From positions 1,240,001 through 1,281,651 of the forward strand of contig CP142731.1 of assembly GCA_036630325.1 (NCBI GenBank): a stretch of 41,651 nucleotides of DNA, written 5' to 3'. Position 1 is the first letter of the stretch, and every line of letters starts with the position of its first letter. The notes under the pieces were generated by a model. That model was not told the DNA's origin, did not search any database, and saw nothing but the letters and a program-made list of their open reading frames with translations. Of the stretch, positions 10,612 through 21,914 are shown piece by piece. This DNA comes from Vairimorpha necatrix. Lineage: Eukaryota. A program made the translations under genes and the position numbers.

Positions 10612-13156
10612 TATTAAAAAACCTAATGGAGCTGTTTGAATTGTCAGTAATTTTAAAGGATTGAATGATTTGGTCGAAAGAACCCATATGAGTTGCCAAG
10701 AATCAGAGATATTATAATTGCGAAACGGGCTCTAGAGTTTTTACAGTGCTTGATATTAAAGAAGCATTTTATCATATTGAAATTGAAGAAGCGCAAAGAT
10801 TTAAAATTACGTTTGAATTTGAAGGAAATGTATATGAGTGGAATAGCATGGTCATGGGATATAAAAATGCACCTCGGATTATGCAGAGGACAATGAATAA
10901 CATTTTAAACAACTTGAGAAGAAAAGGAGTAGAAGTTTATATGGATGACATTGTTGTTTATTCGAAGACGTATAAAAAACATGATGAGATATTAAATGAA
11001 GTGTTGCGGAAATTATAACATCATGGCCGAAAAGTAAATGTAAGTAAGGTACGTGTGATGTACATGACTACATCACATGGACAGCTGTCAAACCCATCAG
11101 CTGTCAAACATCTTAAACGGCATGTCATGGCGAGTCACACAAACAAATAAACAAACGAAAGTTGGATGGTCGTTACTACATTCGTAAGTACGCCAATGTT
11201 TGTGTTTAGTGTTGACAACAATTAACAAATTAAAAATAAACTATACAAGAAAGTCTGTCGGTGAAGGGTATGGAATATCAGAGGAATAGAAACACCATCA
11301 ATAAAGTTATTAATATTAACAATATTTTAGAAAGCTATATAAATATAGCAAAGTCCCGTCTATACAGGACAGTACGATATAGGCTGGATAAAGTTAAATT
11401 ATTAGGAGTTGGTGTGAATGGTGATTGTAGAAAACCATCTGAAATTAAGCGCAATGAAGCATTAAAATTTAAAAGTTCGACGAATGTTAGTGAGTTTCGT
11501 AGAATTTTTAATATTGACAGGATGGTTCAGAAAATTTATAGGGAATTATGCTATTATGACAATAGCACTTGCAGACGCGTTAAAGAAAGATAAGGAATGG
11601 GATTGGATCGATGAAATGGAATGTGAATTTAACGCATTGAAAGATGAATTGAGGAATACAATTGAGTTAAAAATTCCAGTTTATACAAAATTATTTTTTT
11701 TAAAAAATGATGCTTCAGACACGGAATTGAGAATATTGTTACAAACAAATAAGGAAGGTAAGTGTGGTTCTATTCAGTAGGCTTCTAAAAAGCTGAAACC
11801 AGCAGAAAGAAAATATGGTATTTCAGAAAAAGAAATGTTAGCAGTGTTTTGGGGTATAAAAAAGTATGAATATGATTTAAGAGGTAAAAAATTTTAATTA
11901 CAGACAGACCTTAAAGCTTTAGAGGCAATGAGATCTAAAGAATGCTATTATAATAATAGAATAAATCGGTGGATCGAGAAAATTTTTAGTGTTCGACTTT
12001 ACAGTTAAATATAATAGAGGTGAAACAATGACAGATGTAGATGCTTTAAGCAGACCTTTCAGGATGACGCAAATAAAGAAAAGAAAACAGAGATTATAAA
12101 AAACAAATTTTAAGAAAAGAAGTGAAACATGTTTAAGAAGTAAATGGAGAAAAGATATGGAAGTAAAATCAGGATAAACAGCGATAGTTCCAGATACGGA
12201 AATTAGAGATAAGTTTATTAAGGAAAAACATTTGGAGCTTAATCACAGAGGAATAAAAGGTACTTATTATGAGTTGAAAAAGAAATGGTATTGGTTAGGT
12301 ATGATGAAAACATAAGTAACATATTGAGAGAATGCTAAACGTGCAGAAGTATTAACAGAAAGAACAGAGAGGGTGGATTTATTGCCCCCATGAAAACAGG
12401 AGAGAAGTTAGGTCTTGATATCATGAAAATAGGAAATCCAAAATGCAATGTTCTGCAGGAATTGACTTTATCCGAGATATGCGTATAGTGCAGTATTGGA
12501 TAGAAGAACTAGTAGTAATGTTATAAAGACAATGGAAAACTGGTTTAAAGAAGAGTGTGTACCAGAAGAGATAATTAGTGACAATGCAAAAGAGTTTGTT
12601 GGCGAAGAATTTTGACGATGGTGTTGTGATAATGAGATATTACATCATAAGGTAAGTGTTGAAAGTTATGGTAGTAGTGAAAGGATATTAAGATTAATAA
12701 GAACTTTATGAGAAGCTGTACTTAATCAAAGTGGAGGCAATTTAAAAGAAAAAGTGAAGAACGCAATCGATGTATATAACAGAAGGTATTACAGTTGAAT
12801 AAAATGTAGCCCAATCGAAGCAAAAGGTGAAATGTCTAGTTGCGGAAAGTTAAGAACGCTAAATGAGAAAGATGGTGAGTATTCAAAGAAGTGTGAGAAG
12901 AGATGAAGAGAACAATTTAAACTGGGAGATAAGGTTTTTTTAGCTAAGAGAGAAATTTTAGCAAGTCGAATGAAAGATGATAAAGGAAGATACGTAAATG
13001 AGTAGTAATAATCGAAATTGTAGAATGATTCGTACTTAATAAAATACAATGATGGTATGATAAGAAAGCAGAGACATTTTGATTTCAAAGTCTGTGCTAA
13101 GGTGAAAAAGGTTCGTTAGGTTGATGTTAATGAGACAAATCGTCTTGAGAAGGGAA
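10612..13156 (+). pseudogene. pol: Element B pol remnant (RT, RNase H, integrase) with stops and frameshifts, split by solo LTR 11054-11371
   Basis: Fragments LDIKEAFYHIEI, VYMDD, GWFRKFI, NDASD, HRGIKGTYY...WYW and ISDNAKEF are colinear with the element D protein. Confidence 0.88.
11054..11371. mobile_element. Solo LTR (318 bp) inserted in element B RT
   Basis: TGTGA...GGACA termini with TSD GTACG (11049-11053 and 11372-11376). Removal restores KVRYRLDKVKLLGV. Confidence 0.88.
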
Positions 13157-13195
13157 TGTGGGATTTTTAACCCCCTAATAAATAAATGGTATACA
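13157..13195 (+). repeat. 3' LTR of element B (39 bp)
   Basis: TGTGGGATTTTTAACCCCCTAATAAATAAATGGTATACA after a purine tract; a diverged copy of 5954-5991. Confidence 0.85.
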
Positions 13196-13250
13196 TAAAA
13201 ATTTTGAAATTTCTTTTAAATTTTTTGAAACTTTACACGCTAAAAAAAAT

Positions 13251-13463
13251 TGCGTGAAACCAATGGCAACATAAGTATGGCTGCTTATGAGTTGCAGATA
13301 TCTAATAAAATTAAGGGTCATTATATTAGAGGGTTTCTTTTTATATTAATTTTTTACCATTTGGCTATGGGGTGGATCTCTTCTACTAGTATAAGAGATT
13401 CCATTTAAAAAGTCGTAAAATTCTTCTTTGGGGTAAATCTTATAACCCGGAACCCCCGGCACA
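13251..13463. repeat. Possible solo LTR-like insert (213 bp)
   Basis: GC-richer block bounded by TG...CA within A-tracts, with several short stem-loops. The TSD is ambiguous (AAAAT vs AAAAA). Confidence 0.35.
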
Positions 13464-16400
13464 AAAAAATTTCATATTTTTAAAATATCAGAGTCAAGAG
13501 TTAGTTCGAACAGAAAACAAAGCCTTTTATGTATAGACTATAATAGAAATATTAAAATTAATAGCTTATGCATTTTAACGAATTTGAATGTAAAATATCA
13601 GACTAATAACGCAAGAGGTTTCAAATTTATTTATTCTACGTACCTATAAATTATTAATATTGAAAATTATCCCGAATTCCAACGATAAAGACTGGATGTC
13701 TTATTTTTATATAATTTTTAAAAATCATATAGTGATATGTCTTAAACTTTAACCTCTTTAAAATCGTCTTTCTTTCAATCCGGTCCTTTTGATTTAATGG
13801 TTAATAATAGCTTGTTTTAAATGAAAATCACTTTGTTACTTTTGTAAAATTAATTATTATATTTTCATAAAAAAATGTCAATAAACATTAGATCACATCG
13901 ATGTTATATCGCATACACGAAATATGGTTAATATTTGGAATAATAGAAATATTTTCAAATTGGATTTTAGCTCATGTAAAAATAAAAAAACAAATAATTA
14001 CTCTCATAATTTTATATGGATCATTTCTATTTTGTAATGAAATCATCTGGAAATTAAGACACCCCTAATCACATCAAATAAATCTAATTTAAAATTCTGT
14101 ACTTAAATGAAAAGCTAGCTACTCATCAATTTTTTATCATATATAAATGTTTCCCCGAAAAAAATTTAAAAAATTGTTGCATGATTTTTCTATTGCAACT
14201 TTGATTTATAATGATACTAAATTAAAATAAAAGAGCTTTAGCTAATTTAATACCTGTACAGGGAGAACTAAAAACGACTTAATTTAGATAATATTCTATA
14301 TCTCAATATATACATTCTATTGTTACTATTAAATTAAAAAAAACCCTAATTATTTTTTTACTTCTTCATCTAAAACAAATTGGTCATAAATTCTTGTTAT
14401 AAAGGCTAGTAATTTTACCAAAATATGGTTTTGTCTTTAATTACGTCTATATTAAATTTAAAATATATCTTTTAACCTCAAAATTATTTTTATAAAAAAT
14501 ATACTTGAGTCAACATATTTTTAAAAAATTAAAACGCGCATATTCTGTTTTTTTTATTTTTGTTCTTGATAATGTTTAAAGATTACAAAATAAATTTTGT
14601 CTTAAATAATTTTTACAACAAGTCGCGTTTATATGACTTCTTGAAAAAAAACAATTTTTTTTTTCAATATAAAAAATACAAATTTCAACAAACTCTACTA
14701 TTTATTATGTTCTATAGATCTAATTGTTCAAACAATTTTTATACAATATAGTAGTGCTAATCGTCCTTTTTGTTCTTTTTACAATGCGCTTTTTAGTGTT
14801 AAAGCATATTGTCTTTTATAGAAAATTTATTGGAAAAAGTTTTTGAGGAAAAAAGATTTTATATCCGTATGGGATATGTAATGGCGCTTAATTCGACTAA
14901 TAGTCGGTAATTCTTTGTTCCAGCCATTTTTCGCACAACAAAACATAACGACACCATCTATTGTTTTTTTCTAAATAAACTGTTATCAAAGTCAGAGAAA
15001 CTTCTATAGTTTTATTCTCTGGCGGGGCGGATTCTGTTTTTCTTGCTTCTTTTTTTGATTTGTCTAGATTTTTTTGAATTGGAAGGCTAGCACGTCCCGA
15101 TACATTTTTTCCCCTTCCTTTTTATTTTCTCCCTTTTTTATTAACTTCTCTAATTGTTTTCAAAAGTTCTCAATCCAAGTTTTCTGGAATATAACTTTTT
15201 TCTTTGTAAAGTCTCTTATTTAGCCCCTTTTCTGCTTCCGTGGCTGCTTGTTTTAAATAAAAGAAGCTAAAATTTTCAGATTTTTGATGTTTTATGTCGC
15301 TAGTGAGATCAGAAGATTCAGATTATTCTGATCCTTCCTCTTTCAAATTGAATTTTCTGAGCTTTTTTGATTGAGATCTTTTTTACCTGACATATATACT
15401 CATCATTTTTTGTATTTATGTTAATAAAGGAGAAAAGGAGACATATTGAGATAGATTAGGCAATATTTAAAGCTAGCCAATAATTTCATGAGTGATAATT
15501 TAATACAATCAAATTATAGCTTAATTTTTATTAAAGTGTCAGTTTAGTCTTTTTTATTTTCAATATAACTTTTTTGTATGATTTTTGTTCATTTGCCATA
15601 TAAATTTAAATAAAATAAGGACTTAGTTAACAATGTATAATTTTTTAATGATAAAAGTTGTTTTCTTTGATATTCAGATTTCTGCAGATAAATTTCTGTG
15701 TGCATTACTTACAGATCATTCACAATATTTTTATATGTATGATATATTTGTAAGAATTTGACTTAATAGTAATTGGCATACAATCAATTAAATTAATTTT
15801 TTAATGATCGTCTATTTTGTTGAATTGTAAAGATCATTTACCTAAGAATTAATCTGTTTTTGATAAATTACTATTTCGGGCGCAAATTTTCATAAATGCT
15901 TAATTGGATGTTTAATTCTTATTAATATATCTATTTTAATCGATTTACTTTTAGTTCTTTTTATACAGTATTTATTAATATTACATGATTCCAAAAATCT
16001 CAGCGTCTATAAAAAATCCAAGACATCCTTTGGAAAAGAATTTGATATTGGTAGATTAATGTCTCAGAAAGATGATTGGACTATTAAACAATCCATTTTT
16101 AATGGTTAGTTACGATTGTAAAGGGCTATAAATGTATAATTGTTGAGGTAAATCCACATATCGCTAGCAAACTTTATAGTTTCTCTTTTATTGATAGAGC
16201 CTTCGATGTTTTTGAAAAGCTGTTCAAAAAATCTACATAATTTTATACAGTTCACGACAAAACATTAGGCTTCTAAAATATCTATATGCATTAATTTCCA
16301 GGGCACAATTAACCTATTATAAATTAAAGAAAGAATTAAAATATGAATTTACATAAAAGGTATGCCAGTTACTGCTACAACTTTGCAAATAGATTTACCT

Positions 16401-17700
16401 AATAACTGCAGATTAAAACTCTAACACTGGATTTTTTAAATCAACTATTAGAGTTCGAAAAAAGCTATAGCGGCGTTCTTTTCGACAATAATACTTATAT
16501 GATCCATACTTAATTCATGCAATTTATTTTTTATGCAACACAATTAATTTTTTGTTCAAAATAAAATAGGGAACTCATATTTATAAAAATTATAGTTTTT
16601 TATTTTTGTTATTGACGTTATCACTAGTATTTGCCCTGTTTAAAATACATTTCTAAATATTTTTTTATTTAAGGCTTTTCTGGCCTGTATTGGTCTTTGT
16701 TTAGTCTCGACCTGTCATGGCTTTGCTTATAACTTCTCTTCTTGTAGCTCATGCCCTTCTTTTCAAAAATAAATATTTATAAAAAATAAAATTCTCGAAA
16801 ATTCATTTTTTCTTGAAAATTTTTTATAAGAAAAAATGATTTTCTTGGATTGTGGCTAATACCACAAATAAAAACTTATAATTTCGGGCTGTATTTTTTA
16901 ACTTCAGAAACTCTTAATGACTTTTTTAATTGGGGTTATTCAAAAAATTTATGATATATATTCATATTATTGATATTTATAATATTTTACAATTCTTTAT
17001 ATGTATCTATTAATTGGTAATTTAATGGCATTCTTTACTATTTAACTGTTTAAAACATAGTCGAGAATAGTTTCTGGTATATGGCATCGCAAAATAATAA
17101 TAATTAAGGGTTAGACAACATATAATCCTGTAGTCGCAGATTTTTACATGTTTTTATATAAATAGTTTAACGAAGTTAATATTGTTGTTTCTATCGGCGC
17201 TCTAATTTTCAATAAACTTTAATGATTATAAAGTTTATTGTTAAGACCATCTAAAACAAACGTTGGATGAAAAATATTATTGTCTTAGAAATATTATTGA
17301 TATTCTAATGTAAATTCCGATGAGTACAAAACAATTCTAAATGTCTTCTTTCATTACTTTTAGTTTAACATGAAACAAAACCACGTGATAGAAACAAATG
17401 ATTTGTCTGATTATGCATTTCCATACAGCCAACGTAAATTTAATGAAAAATTATCTTTTTTTCTAATATTTTGTTTATGATTTTCTATAAAAGTTTTAAA
17501 AGAAAATATATACATATATTTGTACTATAACTTGTGAAGTTCTATAAGACTTATAAATGTCTAATTATAACTTTTGATACGCAAGAAGAAAACTCTTAAC
17601 AAAAGCTTTTTTTTTGAAAAAAAAAAGAAAATGTGAGGATCTTTGCAAATGTTCTTACGATAGCATTCTTAGATTCTCTTTTATTTTTTTCAATAACTAA

Positions 17701-17932
17701 TGTCAAGTGACAGATCTCCAGTGGTCCTAAGATTACCCTGGAGACAAGAGAATACTATTCTATAAGTATTCTCCTCCTTTACCAAACTATGTTTATGGAG
17801 GGAAAATGTACAATACTTTCCCGCCTATAAATATAAAAGAAAATCATACCCTTGGGGGTATGAAGATGAAGAACAATAAAAATTATAGTTTAAAACATTC
17901 TTCTCGGACTGATGGGAAACCATCAGTCCACA
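17701..17932 (+). mobile_element. Solo LTR of the element A family (232 bp)
   Basis: Homologous to 3050-3275, TG...CA termini, TSD ACTAA (17696-17700 and 17933-17937). Confidence 0.93.
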
Positions 17933-18483
17933 ACTAACATAACTAATATTGTTTTAAAATATTCAAAGACAATTAAAAAATTAAAAATATATATCTGATA
18001 AATTTTGATTTAAGGTTTTGAATCAGATACACGTGTTTTGATTTTTACAAAATTTTTTTTTAATCTGAAATCTCCTTAAAAACATGAAAAGTAGTTAGAT
18101 TTAAATTTTACAAATTCTTATAAAACAATTTATGGGTTATCAGCATTCTCAATGTCCATATTTTTTTATCTATAGAATTGTAAACAACAGTATTGGGGTT
18201 TCTAGTATATTATGCATACTTGAACCTTCTGTTTACCTTATCGTATGACCTAAATTGTCTTTTAAGCGTTTGTTCTATTTAAAGTTATGGTCATTAATCA
18301 TAACGCCATATATATACTCGATATTGATTAATCCCTGCAATCTGCGAAGACTAAATATGTAACTTCCTAACATTATATTTTTGCCTGATAAAGTTATCGC
18401 CAATATAATATCGTGATTTTTATACTATTCATAATCATATATATCTGTTTTTTATATTAGGGTTATCAATATTTTTTATTAAA

Positions 18484-18521
18484 TGTAGGGTTTAGAACCC
18501 TTAATAAATAAATGGTTAACA
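18484..18521 (+). repeat. 5' LTR of element D (38 bp)
   Basis: TGTAGGGTTTAGAACCCTTAATAAATAAATGGTTAACA. Confidence 0.93.
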
Positions 18522-21500
18522 TGGCGAACACAAGAATGAACAGGGAAACAAGAGAGTCCCGTAGTCAAGAGGCTAGAACATTAGAGAAAGAGGCAATTAG
18601 GATAGATAAGAGACTAAAGTTAATATTGAAAGTTGAGTGGAAAGATGTTATGGATTTGGCATCTGCGAACTTGCAGGATTATATTTTTGAAAATTTTTGT
18701 GACGGAAGGAGCAGTTGGGAGGAAATTTATAAAGGCTTACAAAAAGGAGCAGAATTTGAGAGAGAGTCAGAAGAAAGACAAGAAATGATTAAAGAGATTA
18801 TGGATAAAGTGTTGAAAGAGTTTAGGGAAGAAAGAAAAGAAAATCTTAGGATGTATAGGAAAAGAAGAGAAATCAGAGAAACTACAAAATGTTTTATATG
18901 TAAGAAAGAAGGGCATTACGCTAGAGAATGTCATGAAAGTGTAGCTGGTAGAGAAAAATATAAAATTAAAAAGGAACAAGTTTTACAGAAAGAACCAATT
19001 ATCAACAATGAAGGGAAAAGATGTAAAACAGTAAATAAGTTAGAAAATTTAATTGAAAAGTATCCGGAAGTTTTTAAAGAATCAGAAGAAAAGATAAAAT
19101 ATCTCACAGGAGAGAAGTGTCCAATAAATACTAAGCAAGGTGAAAAGGTTGTGAAAAGAGGGCAGAATGTGCCATACTACCTTAGGGTGAAATTTGAGGA
19201 GTACTTGAATAAGTTGGAAAATAGAGGGGTTATAAGACGTTCCAAAAGTGAGTGGAGGAGTCCAATAAGAGCACTTGAAAAACCAAATGGGGACGTAAGA
19301 TTGGTAAGCAATTTGATGGCGTTAAACGATTTGGTTGACAAGGACCCGTACTCACTACCGTTAATTAAGGATATTATGAGAGCCACACAGGGGTCAAAAG
19401 TATTTACGGTTATCGACTTAAAAGAAGGGTTTTATCATATTGAGATTGAGGAGCACCATAAGCACAAAACAGCATTTGAAGTGAATGGTCGAGTATACGA
19501 ATGGAATAGTATGGTTATGGGGTTTAAGAATTCGCCTCATATAATGCAGAGAGTAATGAACAGAGTTTTAGATGAATTCAGAGGTAAAGGCGTGGAAGTA
19601 TATATGGATGATATAGTTATTCATGGTAAAGACGTAAGAGTGCATGACGAGTTACTAGAGAGGGTAATTAAAAAGTTTAAAGAGTGTGGGTTGAGAATAA
19701 ACCAAACAAAGATACAATACAAAAAAGATGAGGTGATGTTGCTGGGAGTAACAATTAATGGGGAGGTCATGGGACCGAATGAGATTAAAAAGCAGGAGAC
19801 ATTGGAATATAGAAAACCTGAGAATGTTAGAGAGTTAAGAAGATTAATAGGACTAACTGGTTGGTTTAGAGACTTTATTCCCAACTATGCGTATAGAACA
19901 GTAAGGCTTACTGAGGCTTTAAAGAAAGATGTTAAGTGGAATTGGACGGAGGATATGGAAAGAGCTTTTGAGGATATGAAGCAAGGCTTGAGAGATATGA
20001 AAAAGTTGAAGATTCCGGACGGAAAAAAGCTATTTAGAGTAAGAACCGATGCGTGTGATACGGGGATCGGAGCAATTCTATTACAAGAAAATAAAGAGGG
20101 TGAGTGGATTCCGATACAATGGGCATCGAAAATGTTGACTCCTACCGAGCGAAGATATACGATAAGTGAGAAGGAGATGTTGGCGGTGTTTTTTGGAATA
20201 AAGAAGTTTGAAAGTGATTTGAGAGGAAGGAAATTTCATTTGATGACGGATCATAAAGCATTAGCAGAGATCAGAAATAAGCCATACTTCAATAATAACA
20301 GAATAAACAGATGGGTAGAACAGATACAAGAGTTTGACTTTACAATAGAGTATGTGAAAGGGGAGTTGATGACAGATGCAGATGAGTTAAGTAGGCAGTA
20401 TGATCAGGTAGAAGTTTCGGATGAACAAAAAGAAAAGGACAACAAGAGAAAAGAAGTGATCGAAAAACAAATTTTGGGGAAAAAGCAGAAACATATTAAA
20501 GAAAAGGACGGTAAACAGTATTGGGAATTTTCCACAGGTGAGGTGAAAGAGATATTGAGCCTAGATAGTAGAGAACATGAAATAACAAGAGTACATGAGG
20601 AGTTAAACCATAGAGGTGTCAAAGGCACTTATTATAACATTAAACAAAGATGGTATTGGCCTGGTATGAAAGATCATATTAATAAGGTAATTAAGAATTG
20701 TGAAATATGTGGGATTAACAATAGGAAAAACACAGGAGGATGTGATTTCGTAGTAACTAGAAAGAAATTGGAGAAAGTGGCGTTGGATTTAATGGACATA
20801 GGTGGAGAGAATAGGTATGTGTTACTGGGTATTGATTACTTTACTAGAAGGTTGTGGGGTTCGAATTTGAGATGTAAAGAGAGTAGTGAAGTTTTAGAGG
20901 TATTACAAAAGTGGATAAGGGAAGATGGATTTCCAGAGGAATATGTGACAGACAACGGAAAAGAGTTTGTAAGTAATAGATTTAAAGAATGGTGTAGTAT
21001 TAATGATATTAAACATAGGAAAGTGGGCTTAGAAGCTCATAGGAGTAATGGTAGAATCGAGAGATGCATCAGAACTATAAGAGAGACATTGATAAAGCAA
21101 AATGATGGGAATATTTCTGAAAAGATAGAAAGAGCAATCGAAGGATATAATAATACACTACATACAGCAATAAAATGTACGCCGATGGAAGCGTGGAGAG
21201 ATCAAACTGCTGAAGTTATAATTGAAAATGATGAAAATGGAAAATATGCTGGTCGGTTCAAGAGAAGACACAGAGAGACATTTACAGTAGGCCAAGAGGT
21301 AAGAATCGCTAGGAGAGAAAATTTAGGTACACGTGCGAAAACAGACAAGGGAAGATTCACGGGTCGCGGAAGGATCGTAGCTATAAGTGAAAATGATTCA
21401 TATATTGTGAGACTACTGGATGGTAAAATTGTTAAAAAGAGGCATTATGATTTGAAAGAGATAAGGAAGAGTTGTTTAGAAGATGGAGAGACTACCCGTC

Positions 21501-21523
21501 TGGAGGGGGGATGTAGGGTTTAG
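18512..21523 (+). CDS. Compact Gag-Pol polyprotein (short Gag with CCHC knuckle, RT, RNase H, integrase; no recognisable protease), 1003 aa
   Basis: CFICKKEGHYAREC, VYMDD, RTDAC...MTDH, H-H-C-C, ALDLMD/VTDNG/IERC. No D[TS]G motif between the knuckle and RT. Confidence 0.93.
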   Translation: MVNMANTRMNRETRESRSQEARTLEKEAIRIDKRLKLILKVEWKDVMDLASANLQDYIFENFCDGRSSWEEIYKGLQKGAEFERESEERQEMIKEIMDKVLKEFREERKENLRMYRKRREIRETTKCFICKKEGHYARECHESVAGREKYKIKKEQVLQKEPIINNEGKRCKTVNKLENLIEKYPEVFKESEEKIKYLTGEKCPINTKQGEKVVKRGQNVPYYLRVKFEEYLNKLENRGVIRRSKSEWRSPIRALEKPNGDVRLVSNLMALNDLVDKDPYSLPLIKDIMRATQGSKVFTVIDLKEGFYHIEIEEHHKHKTAFEVNGRVYEWNSMVMGFKNSPHIMQRVMNRVLDEFRGKGVEVYMDDIVIHGKDVRVHDELLERVIKKFKECGLRINQTKIQYKKDEVMLLGVTINGEVMGPNEIKKQETLEYRKPENVRELRRLIGLTGWFRDFIPNYAYRTVRLTEALKKDVKWNWTEDMERAFEDMKQGLRDMKKLKIPDGKKLFRVRTDACDTGIGAILLQENKEGEWIPIQWASKMLTPTERRYTISEKEMLAVFFGIKKFESDLRGRKFHLMTDHKALAEIRNKPYFNNNRINRWVEQIQEFDFTIEYVKGELMTDADELSRQYDQVEVSDEQKEKDNKRKEVIEKQILGKKQKHIKEKDGKQYWEFSTGEVKEILSLDSREHEITRVHEELNHRGVKGTYYNIKQRWYWPGMKDHINKVIKNCEICGINNRKNTGGCDFVVTRKKLEKVALDLMDIGGENRYVLLGIDYFTRRLWGSNLRCKESSEVLEVLQKWIREDGFPEEYVTDNGKEFVSNRFKEWCSINDIKHRKVGLEAHRSNGRIERCIRTIRETLIKQNDGNISEKIERAIEGYNNTLHTAIKCTPMEAWRDQTAEVIIENDENGKYAGRFKRRHRETFTVGQEVRIARRENLGTRAKTDKGRFTGRGRIVAISENDSYIVRLLDGKIVKKRHYDLKEIRKSCLEDGETTRLEGGCRV

Positions 21524-21549
21524 AACCCTTAATAAATAAATGGTTAACA
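21512..21549 (+). repeat. 3' LTR of element D (38 bp)
   Basis: Identical to 18484-18521, directly after the PPT; contains the ORF stop codon. Confidence 0.93.
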
Positions 21550-21842
21550 TATAATAAAGGATATATACTCGTTTTTGCCGTGTAAAATGTATATTATTTT
21601 TTAGTATAACATGTATATATATTAGATTTGTATATTCGGATCAAAGAAAATCTTATATAATTTTATTTTATATAAGAAAGCATAAAACTAATATTGTAAA
21701 TTATTCTATTATTTAGTTAAATCGCTTAATAATTTTCAATCTGACTAATTTGAAATTTTTCTTTATGTTTAGAAAGAAAACAAAAATAAAAGAAAGTTAA
21801 ACTATAATTGGTTTTCTTAAAGGTTAACAAATGTTTAAATAA

Positions 21843-21914
21843 GTGTGCTTGGCAGAATGGATGCACCTTGATTTGGGATATCGAAGGTCCAAGGTTCGAT
21901 TCCCAGTGGCAATA
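21843..21914 (+). other. tRNA-derived sequence (SINE head or tRNA pseudogene)
   Basis: Pol III A-box TGGCAGAATGG (21850-21860) and B-box GGTTCGATTCC (21893-21903) at tRNA spacing. Acceptor and T stems pair poorly. Confidence 0.7.

Larger units (their letters stand above)
5954..13195 (+). mobile_element. Degenerate miniature-LTR Ty3/Gypsy element 'B' (about 3.09 kb after removing three nested insertions)
   Basis: LTRs 5954-5991 and 13157-13195. PBS TGGCGAACAC at 5992; PPT GAGAAGGGAA before 13157. Frameshifted gag/RT/RH/IN fragments are colinear with element D. Confidence 0.88.
18484..21549 (+). mobile_element. Intact miniature-LTR Ty3/Gypsy element 'D' (3066 bp)
   Basis: Identical 38-bp TG...CA repeats 18484-18521 and 21512-21549. 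PBS TGGCGAACAC at 18522; PPT GGAGGGGGGA 21502-21511. One ORF spans almost the whole element. Confidence 0.95.

Noticed and set aside
17906-17929. CTGATG...GAAAC resembling a hammerhead ribozyme core
   Set aside because: Lacks CUGAUGA and stem II. The bases form a simple GNRA hairpin, and the other copy reads CTGCTG/GCAA.
18486-18495. Telomere-like TAGGGTTTAG in the 38-bp LTR
   Set aside because: Not the TAGG/TTAGG unit pattern, not conserved in element B, and explained as one arm of the GGG/CCC stem.
355-20628. Short antisense or alternate-frame ORFs overlapping the pol and transposase genes
   Set aside because: Shadow ORFs of real coding frames, with no recognisable motifs.
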